The notes beneath the pieces were generated by a model. It worked only from the letters and a program-made list of their open reading frames with translations. It did not search any database and was not told where the DNA came from. A stretch of DNA of 64,000 bases from Waterburya sp. (GTDB taxonomy: Bacteria; Cyanobacteriota; Cyanobacteriia; Cyanobacteriales; Xenococcaceae), in contig CBDCJV010000002.1 in the NCBI GenBank assembly GCA_965217895.1, positions 1,984,001 to 2,048,000 of the forward strand, in the 5' to 3' direction. Both the position numbers and the translations under genes were made by a program. This document shows positions 18,196 to 28,635 of the stretch, piece after piece. The first letter of the stretch is position 1; each line of letters begins with the position of its first letter.

Positions 18196-19500
18196 GTGAT
18201 TAAATCTCGCTCCCAACCCAGAACAACTAATTCCCCTAAATTTAAGCTCAAATATTTGGGACGGCAAATATTAGATTCGCTTTATTCTTGGCGACGGCTA
18301 GACTGGTTTTTACTTGTATCAGTAGTTGGTCTAACTATCTTTGGTGGTTTTACTATTTACAGTACAGAATCCTCTTCAACTCATAGCTATAGCTATCAAC
18401 ATTGGACAATTAGCCTCTTAGGTTTAGGATTAGTTTTGTTTTTGTCCCGTTGGCGTTATCAGTCTCTATTGCGCTGGCATTGGCTGATTTATGTTCTGAC
18501 TAATCTTTCTTTGATTGCGGTGATGATTACTGGGGTAACTGCAAAAGGAGCGCAGCGTTGGATTACGGTGGCGGGATTTAATGTTCAGCCCTCAGAGTTC
18601 GCCAAAATTGGCATGGTAATTACTCTTGCTGCCCTGTTACACAATCAAGATGGAGCAAATTTAAAAACGGTTTTACGCACTCTGGCAATTACAGCAATTC
18701 CCTGGGGACTAGTGTTTTTACAGCCCGATTTGGGTACTTCTTTAGTGTTTGGCGTAATTGTATTGACCATGCTGTACTGGGCTAACGTTAATACGGGTTG
18801 GTTAATTTTAATGACTTCTCCCTTAGTTTCAGCTATTCTTTATCACCTTTATCTGCCTGGATGGTTGATTTGGGTTCTAGCTGTAGGAGGAGTTGCCTGG
18901 CTGACTTTACCTGCAAAAATTGTTTCTACCCTCAGTGCGATCGCTATAAATTTGGGCGCGGTAGAATTGGGCAATGTTTTCTGGGGACTGCTTAAGGATT
19001 ATCAACAAGCTAGACTTACTATGTTTCTCGATCCCGAACAAGATCCTTTAGGTAACGGCTATCATTTGATTCAGTCTCGAATTGCGATCGGCGCAGGTAA
19101 ACTTTGGGGACAGGGATGGCATCAAGGAACACAAACAAACCTTAATTTTATTCCCGAACAGCACACTGATTTTATTTTTTCGGCTGTAGGAGAACAGTTT
19201 GGTTTTATTGGTAGTATTCTCTTGCTAGCAGTGTTTTGGTTTATTTGTATGCGTCTAATGTGGATTGCTTCTACCGCTAAAGATAATTTTGGCTCTTTGT
19301 TAGCCATAGGTATTCTCAGTATTATTGCTTTTCAAGCCGTAATTAATATTAGTATGACTATCGGACTTGCACCCATTACAGGAATTCCTCTACCCTGGAT
19401 GAGCTATGGACGATCCTCCTTGTTATCTAGTTTTATTAGTATTGGCTTGGCAGAGTCAGTAGCTAATCATCGAGAAAGCAAAACTAGAAAATCTTACTAA
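18196..19500 (+). CDS. rodA: Rod shape-determining SEDS protein RodA
   Basis: GAQRWI, QPSEFAK, LQPDLGT, PEQHTDFIF and TGIPLPWMSYGRSS motifs. Confidence 0.93.
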   Translation: MIKSRSQPRTTNSPKFKLKYLGRQILDSLYSWRRLDWFLLVSVVGLTIFGGFTIYSTESSSTHSYSYQHWTISLLGLGLVLFLSRWRYQSLLRWHWLIYVLTNLSLIAVMITGVTAKGAQRWITVAGFNVQPSEFAKIGMVITLAALLHNQDGANLKTVLRTLAITAIPWGLVFLQPDLGTSLVFGVIVLTMLYWANVNTGWLILMTSPLVSAILYHLYLPGWLIWVLAVGGVAWLTLPAKIVSTLSAIAINLGAVELGNVFWGLLKDYQQARLTMFLDPEQDPLGNGYHLIQSRIAIGAGKLWGQGWHQGTQTNLNFIPEQHTDFIFSAVGEQFGFIGSILLLAVFWFICMRLMWIASTAKDNFGSLLAIGILSIIAFQAVINISMTIGLAPITGIPLPWMSYGRSSLLSSFISIGLAESVANHRESKTRKSY

Positions 19501-19581
19501 TTGAAATTATTTATAACACCATCTATTAGTTTTTCTATAGAGAACATATGGTGTTTGGGTATGAACAATTAGTAAATCCAA

Positions 19582-22500
19582 TTAAAGTTTTTGTATCAAC
19601 ACTACTAATTGATTAAAAGATTGAGTTATGGTCATAGACTGTGCCGAAATTCGCTCGGCGATGCTTGCTACTTCCTGTACAGAATCTTTGGCAAAGGTTG
19701 AACTCTGGGTTTGATTTTCTACGGATCTAGAAATATTTTCAATTAGAGAATTCATCTTGTTGTGTAAAGTAACAACTCGATCTAACTTTTGACGAACTGC
19801 TTGAAACTCTCCCACGCCACTGATTAATTGCTCTGTTCCTGAGTCTAAAGTAATTGTTTTTTCTCTTATCTCGGTCTGAATATTGACAAACAATGGTTCG
19901 ACTTTAGCAGAGGCTTCATATAGCTGCTGCATTAAAGAGAAAATAGTATCAGACAAATCCATAACTGAGTTTTGACTACCTGCTTCAATCTGACTACGAT
20001 TTACTGCTCTAATTATGTTCATAGACTGTTGAACTATTTGCTTACTCAAATCTCTGAGCGTATTGACAGTTTCCGAAAGCTTTTGGGAAGAATAACTAAG
20101 ATTATCGAATCCAACTGCGACATTTTGAACCGTGCGCTGAATATTAGAAATGCTGTCTACAGCACGGTCTAAACTTGCCTGAGTATCTTGTATTACTAGG
20201 TCATTTTGCTGTTCTTGGAATTTAACCTGCTGCACATTTAAGGCTATGCCGTTGAATGAATCAGCAACCTTTTGGATTTGATGGAGAACGTTAATTGTTG
20301 TCTCCGATTGACGCATAGCCTCCTGAGAAAGAGTTTGATAAGCGTCTCCATTGTCGGCAAGGATCTCAACTACCTGATTTTTAAGAGTCTCTGTTTGCTC
20401 GTATTGTTGATGGGATATTTGGTTATTTGTTTGAGTTGATTCTTGAAGCTGTTCTAGGAGTTTGGCATTATCTAGAGCAAAACCAACCTGCGTGGCAACT
20501 TGAGCCATCCAGCGAATTTCAGCCTGCTGCCATTCACGGGTATCAGAACATTGATGGGCTACCAACAAGCCAAACAGCTTGCCTTCATTGATGATTGGCG
20601 TTACAAGATTAGCCTTAACCTCTAATTTTTCGAGCTGCTCAATGTAACATTTGGTCATGTCCGCTTCGTAAATATTGTTCCAGGCGCGGACGCGACCATT
20701 AAGATATTTGTCTCGATAAGTAGGTTCAAAGCAGGGATCGTCTATTTTTTGACCTAAAGCTCGTGTCCAACCAGGGGCAACAGATTCGGCAAGTACTGTG
20801 CCATAGCGAAAATCCTGGTTTAAACTGTAGACTACTGCGCGATCGCATTCTAAAACCCGCCTTACTTCTTTGACGCTAGCTTTGAGGATATCTTCGGTTT
20901 TAAGGGATTCTCTAAGATGCTGAATAGCATCGGTAAAGTGTTCTGTCCATTTGTTTTCGTCCTCTACCTGCTGCTGTAAATGTCTAGCTTTGACTAATAA
21001 TTTGGCATTATCTAGAGCAAAACCGACTTGTGTAGCAATTTGAGCTACCCAGCGAATCTCAGATTGCTGCCACTGACGAGGATTGGAACATTGATGGATA
21101 ATTAATAAACCAAACAGCTTATCTTTTTGAACAATTGGCGCAACTAAGTTTGCTTTGACCTCTAATTCTTCTAATTGTTCTAGATAACAAGGGGTAACAT
21201 TAACATCGTAAATATTATTTAAGGCGCGAACTCGACCATGACGATATTCTTCGATATATTTAACCGCTAAACAAGGGTCATCGATCATTCTCCCTTTGGC
21301 TTTAGTCCATCGAGGCGCAACTGATTCAGCTAGCACTAAACCACAATTGTTTTGATCCAAACTGTAAATCACGACGCGATCGCAGTTTAAAACTCGCCGT
21401 ACTTCTTCGACGCTGACTTCAAGCAGATCTTCTTCTCGCTCTAGTGATTCTCGGATGTAGTGAGTCGCATCGGTGAAATATTGGGTTAGTTTGGCTTCAT
21501 CTTCTAGCTGATGCTGCAATTGTTTGGCATCGGCTAGTAATTTGGCATTATCAAGGGCAAAACCAACTTGAGCGGCAATTTGAGCTACCCAGCGAACTTC
21601 AGGCTGCTGCCAATTACGAAAGTCCGAACACTGGTGAGCTACCAATAAGCCAAATAGTTTACCCTCATTGATAATCGGAGTTACGAGATTGGCTTTAACC
21701 TCTAACTCTTCTAACTGCTTGACATAACATTGAGTCATCCCCGCTTCATAAATGTTGTTCCAGGCGCGGACGCGACCATTAAGATACTTGTCTCGATAGG
21801 TAGGTTCAAAACAGGGGTCGTCTATTTCTTTGTTCAAAGCCTTTGTCCAACCAGGAGCAACGGATTCGGCAATTACTGCACCATAGCGGAGATCTCGGTT
21901 TAGACTATAGACTACCACGCGATCGCATTCTAAAACCCGCCGTACTTCTTTGACGCTGGCTTTTAAAATATCTTCTTGATTGATAGATTGACGAATATAC
22001 TGAATCGCATCGGTGAAATGTTGATTCCATTTGTTTTCACCTGCAGCTAATAATTTTTGTGATTCAGAGTCAGAAATTACTCCACCGTTAAACGAGGAGG
22101 TAATCTCTAAGCGTTGGTCAGTGTCGGCAAGTATTTCAGTATATTCGAGCATCAAACCTACTTGATTACCGATTTCAGTTATCCAGTTAATTTCTTCTTC
22201 TTGCCAATGGCGAGGGTTGGAACACTGATGGGCAATTAATAAACCAAATAATTGACCCTGACTGACAATTGGTGCAACTAAGTTTGCTTTTACCTCTAGC
22301 TCTTCTAGCTGTTCGAGATAACAAGGAGTAATACTCGCGCTGTGAATATCATCTATAGCGCGGACTCGACCATTTTTATATTCTTCGATATATCTAACCG
22401 CCAAACAGGGATCGTCGATCATTCTTCCTTTAGCTTTAGTCCATTGGGGCGCAACCGACTCAGCTACTACTATCCCATAATTATTTTCGTCTAAACTGTA

Positions 22501-23286
22501 AACCACCACGCGATCGCACTCAAGCAGATAACGTAGTTCATTAACTGTAGTGTTAAGGATATTTTCTTGTCCCAATTGATCGGCTATTCTGTCGTTGACA
22601 TCAGAGAACAATTTAGTTTTGTTCTTCTGAATCTTCGTCTGTTGTTCTAAACGTTGAGTATTTCCATTGCTATTACCGTTTTTTTCTAGACCCATCGTTA
22701 GAGAATTTTTGCTTTTTGCTGTTTGTTGTGCTGTTTCTAAAACTTCATGGTTAGAAGACCGACTAAGGGGTATATTTCCATTTCCAATTGACTCAGACTT
22801 TTGAGCTTTGACAATATTAGAGAGAGCAAACCCTGCTGTGTTGGCTTTTTGGGTTAAAAATGTGCTTGTTTCAGAATTCCAAGCGCGAAATTCAGAGCAT
22901 TGTTGAGCAACCAAAAAAGCTAATAATTCGTTATAGACAGAGATCGGCGCAATTAATAGACTCTTGATTTTCAGTTTTTCTAAGTCTTCTAATTTGCTTT
23001 TGCTTATATCTGTGTCATAAATATTATTTATAGCTACAGCTTGACCATAGCAATACAGTTCTAGATACTCTTCTGCTAAAAAAGGATCTACAATCGTCTT
23101 TCCTAAAATAGAAGCATATTGAGAATCTACAGACTCAGCCATTATTTCTGATTTGGGCAGTTCACTAGCATCATAAATAATGACGCGATCGCATTTAAGG
23201 GTTTTCCTCGTTGTCTCAACAGTAAGCCAGAATATTTCTTCAAAATGCTGATAACTATTTGTTTTTAGATTAGGAGATTGACTCAT
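19582..23286 (-). CDS. Soluble 5-GAF cyanobacteriochrome with a degenerate methyl-accepting chemotaxis-like C-terminus (PixJ-like)
   Basis: Five CDRVxxY...LLxAHQC GAF repeats, four with DPC(L/F) plus CY; coiled-coil MCP-like tail. Confidence 0.88.
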   Translation of the reverse strand: MSQSPNLKTNSYQHFEEIFWLTVETTRKTLKCDRVIIYDASELPKSEIMAESVDSQYASILGKTIVDPFLAEEYLELYCYGQAVAINNIYDTDISKSKLEDLEKLKIKSLLIAPISVYNELLAFLVAQQCSEFRAWNSETSTFLTQKANTAGFALSNIVKAQKSESIGNGNIPLSRSSNHEVLETAQQTAKSKNSLTMGLEKNGNSNGNTQRLEQQTKIQKNKTKLFSDVNDRIADQLGQENILNTTVNELRYLLECDRVVVYSLDENNYGIVVAESVAPQWTKAKGRMIDDPCLAVRYIEEYKNGRVRAIDDIHSASITPCYLEQLEELEVKANLVAPIVSQGQLFGLLIAHQCSNPRHWQEEEINWITEIGNQVGLMLEYTEILADTDQRLEITSSFNGGVISDSESQKLLAAGENKWNQHFTDAIQYIRQSINQEDILKASVKEVRRVLECDRVVVYSLNRDLRYGAVIAESVAPGWTKALNKEIDDPCFEPTYRDKYLNGRVRAWNNIYEAGMTQCYVKQLEELEVKANLVTPIINEGKLFGLLVAHQCSDFRNWQQPEVRWVAQIAAQVGFALDNAKLLADAKQLQHQLEDEAKLTQYFTDATHYIRESLEREEDLLEVSVEEVRRVLNCDRVVIYSLDQNNCGLVLAESVAPRWTKAKGRMIDDPCLAVKYIEEYRHGRVRALNNIYDVNVTPCYLEQLEELEVKANLVAPIVQKDKLFGLLIIHQCSNPRQWQQSEIRWVAQIATQVGFALDNAKLLVKARHLQQQVEDENKWTEHFTDAIQHLRESLKTEDILKASVKEVRRVLECDRAVVYSLNQDFRYGTVLAESVAPGWTRALGQKIDDPCFEPTYRDKYLNGRVRAWNNIYEADMTKCYIEQLEKLEVKANLVTPIINEGKLFGLLVAHQCSDTREWQQAEIRWMAQVATQVGFALDNAKLLEQLQESTQTNNQISHQQYEQTETLKNQVVEILADNGDAYQTLSQEAMRQSETTINVLHQIQKVADSFNGIALNVQQVKFQEQQNDLVIQDTQASLDRAVDSISNIQRTVQNVAVGFDNLSYSSQKLSETVNTLRDLSKQIVQQSMNIIRAVNRSQIEAGSQNSVMDLSDTIFSLMQQLYEASAKVEPLFVNIQTEIREKTITLDSGTEQLISGVGEFQAVRQKLDRVVTLHNKMNSLIENISRSVENQTQSSTFAKDSVQEVASIAERISAQSMTITQSFNQLVVLIQKL

Positions 23287-23368
23287 TGATTGCCTAGGTA
23301 GATAGTTTTTAAAATATTTGAATAAATCGACAATTGCAATTAAAAAACTCGTTTAGCCGTCCCTTCAC

Positions 23369-23582
23369 AAGTAGCAGATAGCAAGTAGCGCAGCCTGGAG
23401 GCTGCCGACGTTGCTCCGCGTCTGCAAGTTCAACCTCTGCCTGAACTCAGAGGATTTAAGAATTGAATTGTTTTTTCACCTTTTCCTCATGAATGAGGAG
23501 GCGCAATTACCAACTTCGGAGTTTTTCTTAATTGCTATCTGCTATTTACTACTTGCTACTTCAACTCCAAAGGAGTTGGTAA
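23369..23582. repeat. Composite MITE/SDR-like element with inverted heptamer arms
   Basis: AAGTAGCAGATAGCAAGTAGC ... TTGCTATCTGCTATTTACTACTTGCTACTT inverted arms; internal GC-rich hairpins; TTACCAACT/AGTTGGTAA pair. Confidence 0.55.
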
Positions 23583-23796
23583 AATCAAATTCCAGGGGCA
23601 AAAATAACGTTTAAAAACAATTGTTTAGGTAAAATTACTTAATACTATCTAAATATAGCTTATCTAATATCGATAAAATAGCTTGAAAATTTTTTATGCA
23701 CAATTTTATTCGGCTTTTCCAGGCACAATGTTTGGTCAGCATTTTCACTTAGTATAAGTAGAAAGTAAACACATTACTGACTTTAAAATTAATTTT

Positions 23797-24837
23797 ATGG
23801 GCGATCCGTATGAGAAAAGTTATGAAAAGCTAACTTTTATTACTGTAGGTATAGCAGCCTTTGTTTGTCTAGCATGGTCAGTAGGATTAGTCAGCAAAGG
23901 AATTTGGCAATTGTCCAAATTCAGGATTGAAGTTGGGTCAAACAGCAAAAATATTCCTGATTTTTCTCGTGTGCCAAATGTAAATACTGGAATCTTCAAT
24001 TATGGCGGTAGCACCGCTTGGGCTTCGCTTCGTTTAGCCGTAGACTCAGTTATTCAGTCAGAACGACCTGAAATACAATTTCGCTATGTTCAACCTCAAG
24101 ATGAGCCGCCAGGCTCTAGCCCAGGAATTAGAATGCTGCTCGAAGGTCAAGTAGATTTTGTCCAATCTTCTCGTTCTCTACGTCCAGAAGAATATCAGCT
24201 AGCTAAACAAAAAGGCATAAAGCTTAAACAAGTGCCAGTGGCTGTTGATAGTATCGCTGTGGCAGTTAATCCTAAGCTTGACATTCCTGGTTTGACTCTT
24301 AGCCAACTCCAAGCAATCTACACGGGAAAAATAATCTCAAATTGGCAAGAAATAGGTGGACCCGATCTACCCATTACCCTTTATTCTCGTCCTGTCAGTG
24401 CGGGAGAAAAAGTCAATTTTATTAATTCTAAGATCTTTCAAAATAGGGAAATGGGTTCAAATGTTAAATTTGTGCCGACAGCTACTCAAGCTCTTCGTCA
24501 ATTAGCTAATAATCCAGGAGGCATTTACTATGATTCCACGGCAACAATTATGCCTCAATGTACTGTCAAACCTTTGCCTTTAGGGAAGCAAAAGAATGAT
24601 TTGGTTGCTCCTTATCAACAGCCTTTAGTACCTGCTTCTGAATGCCCTCAAAGGCGCAACCAACTAAATGTTAAAGCTCTACGTACCGCACAGTACCCTC
24701 TGACTCATTATTTATATGTGGTATTTCGGCAAAGTGAAGACGGTAAGTCACAAATTGGTCAGGCATATGCTAATTTCCTGCTTACTCCTCAAGGTCAAAA
24801 GCTGATAACCAAGGCTGGCTTTGTTCCTCTTAACTAG
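23797..24837 (+). CDS. PstS-like (PBP superfamily) substrate-binding protein, cyanobacterial type
   Basis: N-terminal TM; YGGSTAW, GSSPGIRMLL, SSRSL, VAVDSIAVAVN and YPL..YLYV motifs. Confidence 0.85.
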   Translation: MGDPYEKSYEKLTFITVGIAAFVCLAWSVGLVSKGIWQLSKFRIEVGSNSKNIPDFSRVPNVNTGIFNYGGSTAWASLRLAVDSVIQSERPEIQFRYVQPQDEPPGSSPGIRMLLEGQVDFVQSSRSLRPEEYQLAKQKGIKLKQVPVAVDSIAVAVNPKLDIPGLTLSQLQAIYTGKIISNWQEIGGPDLPITLYSRPVSAGEKVNFINSKIFQNREMGSNVKFVPTATQALRQLANNPGGIYYDSTATIMPQCTVKPLPLGKQKNDLVAPYQQPLVPASECPQRRNQLNVKALRTAQYPLTHYLYVVFRQSEDGKSQIGQAYANFLLTPQGQKLITKAGFVPLN

Positions 24838-24843
24838 TTGGTT

Positions 24844-27800
24844 TTAAAGTTCTTTACGTTCTGATAGCTGTTGAGCAAACTCAGCTAACTTGCGAAAAGA
24901 ATCAGTGACAATTAAAGATTGTTGGGAGATCTGATCTGACACCTCAGTAATATCGCCGATAAATTGATTTGTTAAAAGCAAGCGTGGTTCTGATTCTGAG
25001 CTTTTAGTTAAATCCCCTGTAATTACATCTAGATCGTAATCATAGCTATCCATTGGCTCCAAAGTTACTTCACTAGCTTCAAGAATAATTTCTCCCATTG
25101 GTAACTGGGCTGGTTGATTCGGTGCTGATGAACGATTGCTCTTTTCTTTTATGTCATTAATTAGTTTGACCATTTGATGCAGATTCTGGTGCGACTGATT
25201 TAGTATTTCAACTTTTTTTGCACCATCAACATCATTCTCTATTTGAGTATTGTTTGATATGCTAGGCATTTCTGGTGTTGCTGTTAACTGATGGCTAGTT
25301 TTTGCTCTAAGATCCTGCAATTCAGCTTGGTTTTCTGTTAGTAGCCTGGAGATCTTTTGATTAAGACTTTGTTGTTCTAGGTATTGTTTGTCAGTCTCAT
25401 TTCTTTGGGCATTCTTGGCTGCATCCAATGCTTCTCTTAACTGGACTCGATCTAAAGCTAATCCCAATTGCAGAGCCAGTTGAGCAAACAGATCTATTTC
25501 CGACTGTGACCACGGGCGAGGCTGTTGGCATTGATGTCCAATAAGTAAACCAAACAATTGCTCGTCCTGCAAAATTGGTACTATTATACTGGCTTTGACC
25601 GATAAAGATTCAAGCTGTTCTAAATGATATGCTGTTAAATTTGCCTGATGAATATTAGCGATCGCCTCTGTCTCACCCTGACGGTATTTTTCGCCATATT
25701 CTTTGGCAAAGCAAAAGTCTTTTATTTGAGAATTTAAAGCTTTAGGATAACCAGGGACAACCGATTCAGCGACAATATTTCCGTTTGGATTGTCATCAAA
25801 CTGATAGACGATTACGCGATCGAGCTTAATTACTTTACGAGCTTGTTCGACGGCTATTTTTAAGAGTTCGGATTTGTTAACTTTTTCGCTGATACCAAGA
25901 CTAAAGTTGTTTAATAGTTGCGTTGGCAGACCGTCATTTTTTGATTTTTTTAGCAGTTTTAGCAGTGTGGCATTGTCGAGGGCAAAACCTACTTGGGTGG
26001 CAATTTGTGTCATCCAGCGAATTTCATAATCCTGCCAGTTGCGAGTTTGACTACACTGATGAGCTACCAGTAAACCAAACAGCTTTCCTTCATTAATAAT
26101 TGGCGTAACTAAGTTGGCTTTTACCTTTAGGTTTTCTAGCTGTTCGATATAGCATTTGGTCATCCCTGCCTGATAAATATCATTAATGGCTCTAACCCTA
26201 CCATCACGGTACTTATCGAGATATCTAGCTTCAAAACAGGGGTCTTCAATGGTTTTATTTAATGCCCTGGGATATCCTGCTGATACAGATTCGGCGATTA
26301 CTACGCCGTACTTGTCTTGATTAAGACTATAAACCACTACGCGATCGCATTCTAAGACTCTTCTGACTTCTTCGACGCTGATATCTAGAACATCATCTTG
26401 TTTGATTGAGGCACGAATGTATTGAATACTATCGGTAAAGTAGTTAGTCCATCGGCGTTCTCTTTCTGCTTGAATCTGAGCGATCGCTGATGCTGCTAAT
26501 ACCTTAGCATTATCGAGGGCAAAACCTACTTGGGTGGCAATTTGTGTCATCCAGCGAATTTCATAATCCTGCCAGTTGCGAGTTTGACTACACTGATGAG
26601 CTACCAGTAAACCAAACAGCTTTCCTTCATTAATAATTGGCGTAACTAAGTTGGCTTTTACCTTTAGGTTTTCTAGCTGTTCGATATAGCATTTGGTCAT
26701 CCCTGCCTGATAAATATCATTAATGGCTCTAACCCTACCATCACGGTACTTATCGAGATATCTAGCTTCAAAACAGGGGTCTTCAATGGTTTTATTTAAT
26801 GCCCTGGGATATCCTGCTGATACAGATTCGGCGATTACTACGCCGTACTTGTCTTGATTAAGACTATAAACCACTACGCGATCGCATTCTAAGACTCTTC
26901 TGACTTCTTCGACGCTGATATCTAGGACATCATCTTGTTTGATTGAGGCGCGAATGTATTGAATACTATCGGTAAAGTAGTTAGTCCATCGGCGTTCTCT
27001 TTCTGCTTGAGTTTGGAGATCGACCAGATCGACTAACAACTTAGCGTTTTCCAAAGCCAAACCAGTTTTTTTGGCTAGCTGGTGTAAAAACTTAATTTCT
27101 CCTTGCTGCCACTGTCGTGGTTGATCGCACTGATGAGCTACAAGCAAGCCAAATAGCTTGCCTTCAATGATAATAGGCGTAACTAAATTGGCTTTTACCT
27201 CTAGTTTTTCTAGCTGTTCGATATAGCACTGAGTCATGCCTACTTGATAAATATCATTAATGGCTCTGACCCTGCCGTCGCGGTATTTATCCAGATATCG
27301 AGCCTCAAAACAAGGGTCTTTTATAGTTTTATCTAACGCTTGCGTGTAACCAAAGGCTACTGACTCTGCCACTATTACGCCGTACTGATCTTGGTTGAGG
27401 CTATAGACTACAGCGCGATCGCAATTCAAATAGTTGCGTGCCTCTTCTACAATGGCTTTAAGAGTATTTTTTTGTGAAACAGACTGGCTTGAATTATCAA
27501 TAAACTCTTCATATACTTGAGTGTTCGCTTCTTCAGCCATTGCCGATTTAGACGTTTTAGACATCGAATCGAAAAGCCGTTTTGTTCCCAAAGCCGCGAT
27601 CGCACCAGCCAGTAAAGCTGTTATTCCAGTACCAATTAATAGAGCAGCCAGTAGTTCTTGTTGTCTGGCTAACTCTGTTTCGGCCAGATCTATGTTATCA
27701 GATCGTTTTGCCAAGATTGTCTGTTTATCGACAGCTTGACTACCAAAATAGTAGGTTGCAGTTCCTACTGCGAGTATAGGTAACATTATTGCACTACCTA

Positions 27801-28122
27801 CCAATGCTGCTGCTGTTTCAGCTTTCAGCCTTTGAAAGATTGATTTGCCTAAGTTTTTACTCGGTGGTTTTGTCTCAACCCTAATTAGTTCACCTCTTTT
27901 GTCAGCATTTTCTGTATGCAAATTAGCTTGCTCTTCTGCTGGTTCAAAGACAGCTGATTTAGAGGCTTTAACTAATGTAAGTTTATCTTCTGCCTTATTC
28001 AATGAAACCGATCTCTGAGAAATATCAGTTAAATTAGTTTGGCGATTAATATCAGTTTTAAGTACCTGAGAACTAAATTTATCTTTGCCGTTGTTGGTTC
28101 TGTTGCTAGGCGTTTTAGTCAT
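24844..28122 (-). CDS. Membrane-anchored 4-GAF cyanobacteriochrome (PixJ-like, output domain largely lost)
   Basis: Two TM helices; four GAFs (DPCF/CY three times, DFCF/YH once); only the terminal MCP-like helix is retained. Confidence 0.88.
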   Translation of the reverse strand: MTKTPSNRTNNGKDKFSSQVLKTDINRQTNLTDISQRSVSLNKAEDKLTLVKASKSAVFEPAEEQANLHTENADKRGELIRVETKPPSKNLGKSIFQRLKAETAAALVGSAIMLPILAVGTATYYFGSQAVDKQTILAKRSDNIDLAETELARQQELLAALLIGTGITALLAGAIAALGTKRLFDSMSKTSKSAMAEEANTQVYEEFIDNSSQSVSQKNTLKAIVEEARNYLNCDRAVVYSLNQDQYGVIVAESVAFGYTQALDKTIKDPCFEARYLDKYRDGRVRAINDIYQVGMTQCYIEQLEKLEVKANLVTPIIIEGKLFGLLVAHQCDQPRQWQQGEIKFLHQLAKKTGLALENAKLLVDLVDLQTQAERERRWTNYFTDSIQYIRASIKQDDVLDISVEEVRRVLECDRVVVYSLNQDKYGVVIAESVSAGYPRALNKTIEDPCFEARYLDKYRDGRVRAINDIYQAGMTKCYIEQLENLKVKANLVTPIINEGKLFGLLVAHQCSQTRNWQDYEIRWMTQIATQVGFALDNAKVLAASAIAQIQAERERRWTNYFTDSIQYIRASIKQDDVLDISVEEVRRVLECDRVVVYSLNQDKYGVVIAESVSAGYPRALNKTIEDPCFEARYLDKYRDGRVRAINDIYQAGMTKCYIEQLENLKVKANLVTPIINEGKLFGLLVAHQCSQTRNWQDYEIRWMTQIATQVGFALDNATLLKLLKKSKNDGLPTQLLNNFSLGISEKVNKSELLKIAVEQARKVIKLDRVIVYQFDDNPNGNIVAESVVPGYPKALNSQIKDFCFAKEYGEKYRQGETEAIANIHQANLTAYHLEQLESLSVKASIIVPILQDEQLFGLLIGHQCQQPRPWSQSEIDLFAQLALQLGLALDRVQLREALDAAKNAQRNETDKQYLEQQSLNQKISRLLTENQAELQDLRAKTSHQLTATPEMPSISNNTQIENDVDGAKKVEILNQSHQNLHQMVKLINDIKEKSNRSSAPNQPAQLPMGEIILEASEVTLEPMDSYDYDLDVITGDLTKSSESEPRLLLTNQFIGDITEVSDQISQQSLIVTDSFRKLAEFAQQLSERKEL
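25976..27010. repeat. Near-perfect intragenic tandem duplication of one GAF domain (498-bp copies, 537-bp period)
   Basis: 25976-26473 matches 26513-27010; I found two mismatches; identical protein repeats. Confidence 0.92.
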
Positions 28123-28446
28123 TATTAATCCAATAAAAAATGGAATAAATTCTTTTTAAATCGGGTGTTGAAAATAAAATATTCAGAAATAAGAGAATTT
28201 ATGACGAGCAAATAACTTTTGATAGAAGATACCAAAAATTTACGTATTTTTACTTAATTTATAATACTACATTAATTCAAGATAACTGTTGGCTTAGTTA
28301 TGTCATCTGGAAGGTTAAACTGGAAGATGCTGTTAGCAAAGCCACAAAGATAAAATTTGGAGATTTCATAGCCATAGATATTAAAACTTCACCGCAAAAT
28401 ATCAAGACTGAACGATTCTATTGTCTATTTTGCTGACGCTCTCTAA

Positions 28447-28635
28447 GAGACTGTTTGTAAAAAGAAAATTTAATTTTCCTGCTGTTAAGTAGGGTCGTGT
28501 TTGAGGTGTTTGAGGTGTTTGAGGTGTTTGAGGTGTTTGGGGTAATTGGGGGAGTAAAGTTTCTACTCCATCTTCACCACCTCACTATCTTCACCACTTC
28601 TCCACCCCCTTAACATTTACTTTACAAACAGTTTC
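28447..28635. mobile_element. MITE with IS5 (IS1031-like) ends
   Basis: TIR GAGACTGTTTGTAAA / TTTACAAACAGTTTC; TAA on both flanks; internal (GTGTTTGAG)4. Confidence 0.75.

Noticed and set aside
23411..23614. 67-aa ORF
   Set aside because: It lies almost entirely within a composite repeat element; the sequence is repeat-derived.
23797..24837. Calling this gene pstS of the pstCA operon
   Set aside because: It is a divergent PBP-type paralogue 8 kb from pstC; phosphate specificity cannot be established from the sequence.
28497..28541. Possible CRISPR array
   Set aside because: These are 9-bp tandem units without spacers, inside a MITE, and no cas genes are present.
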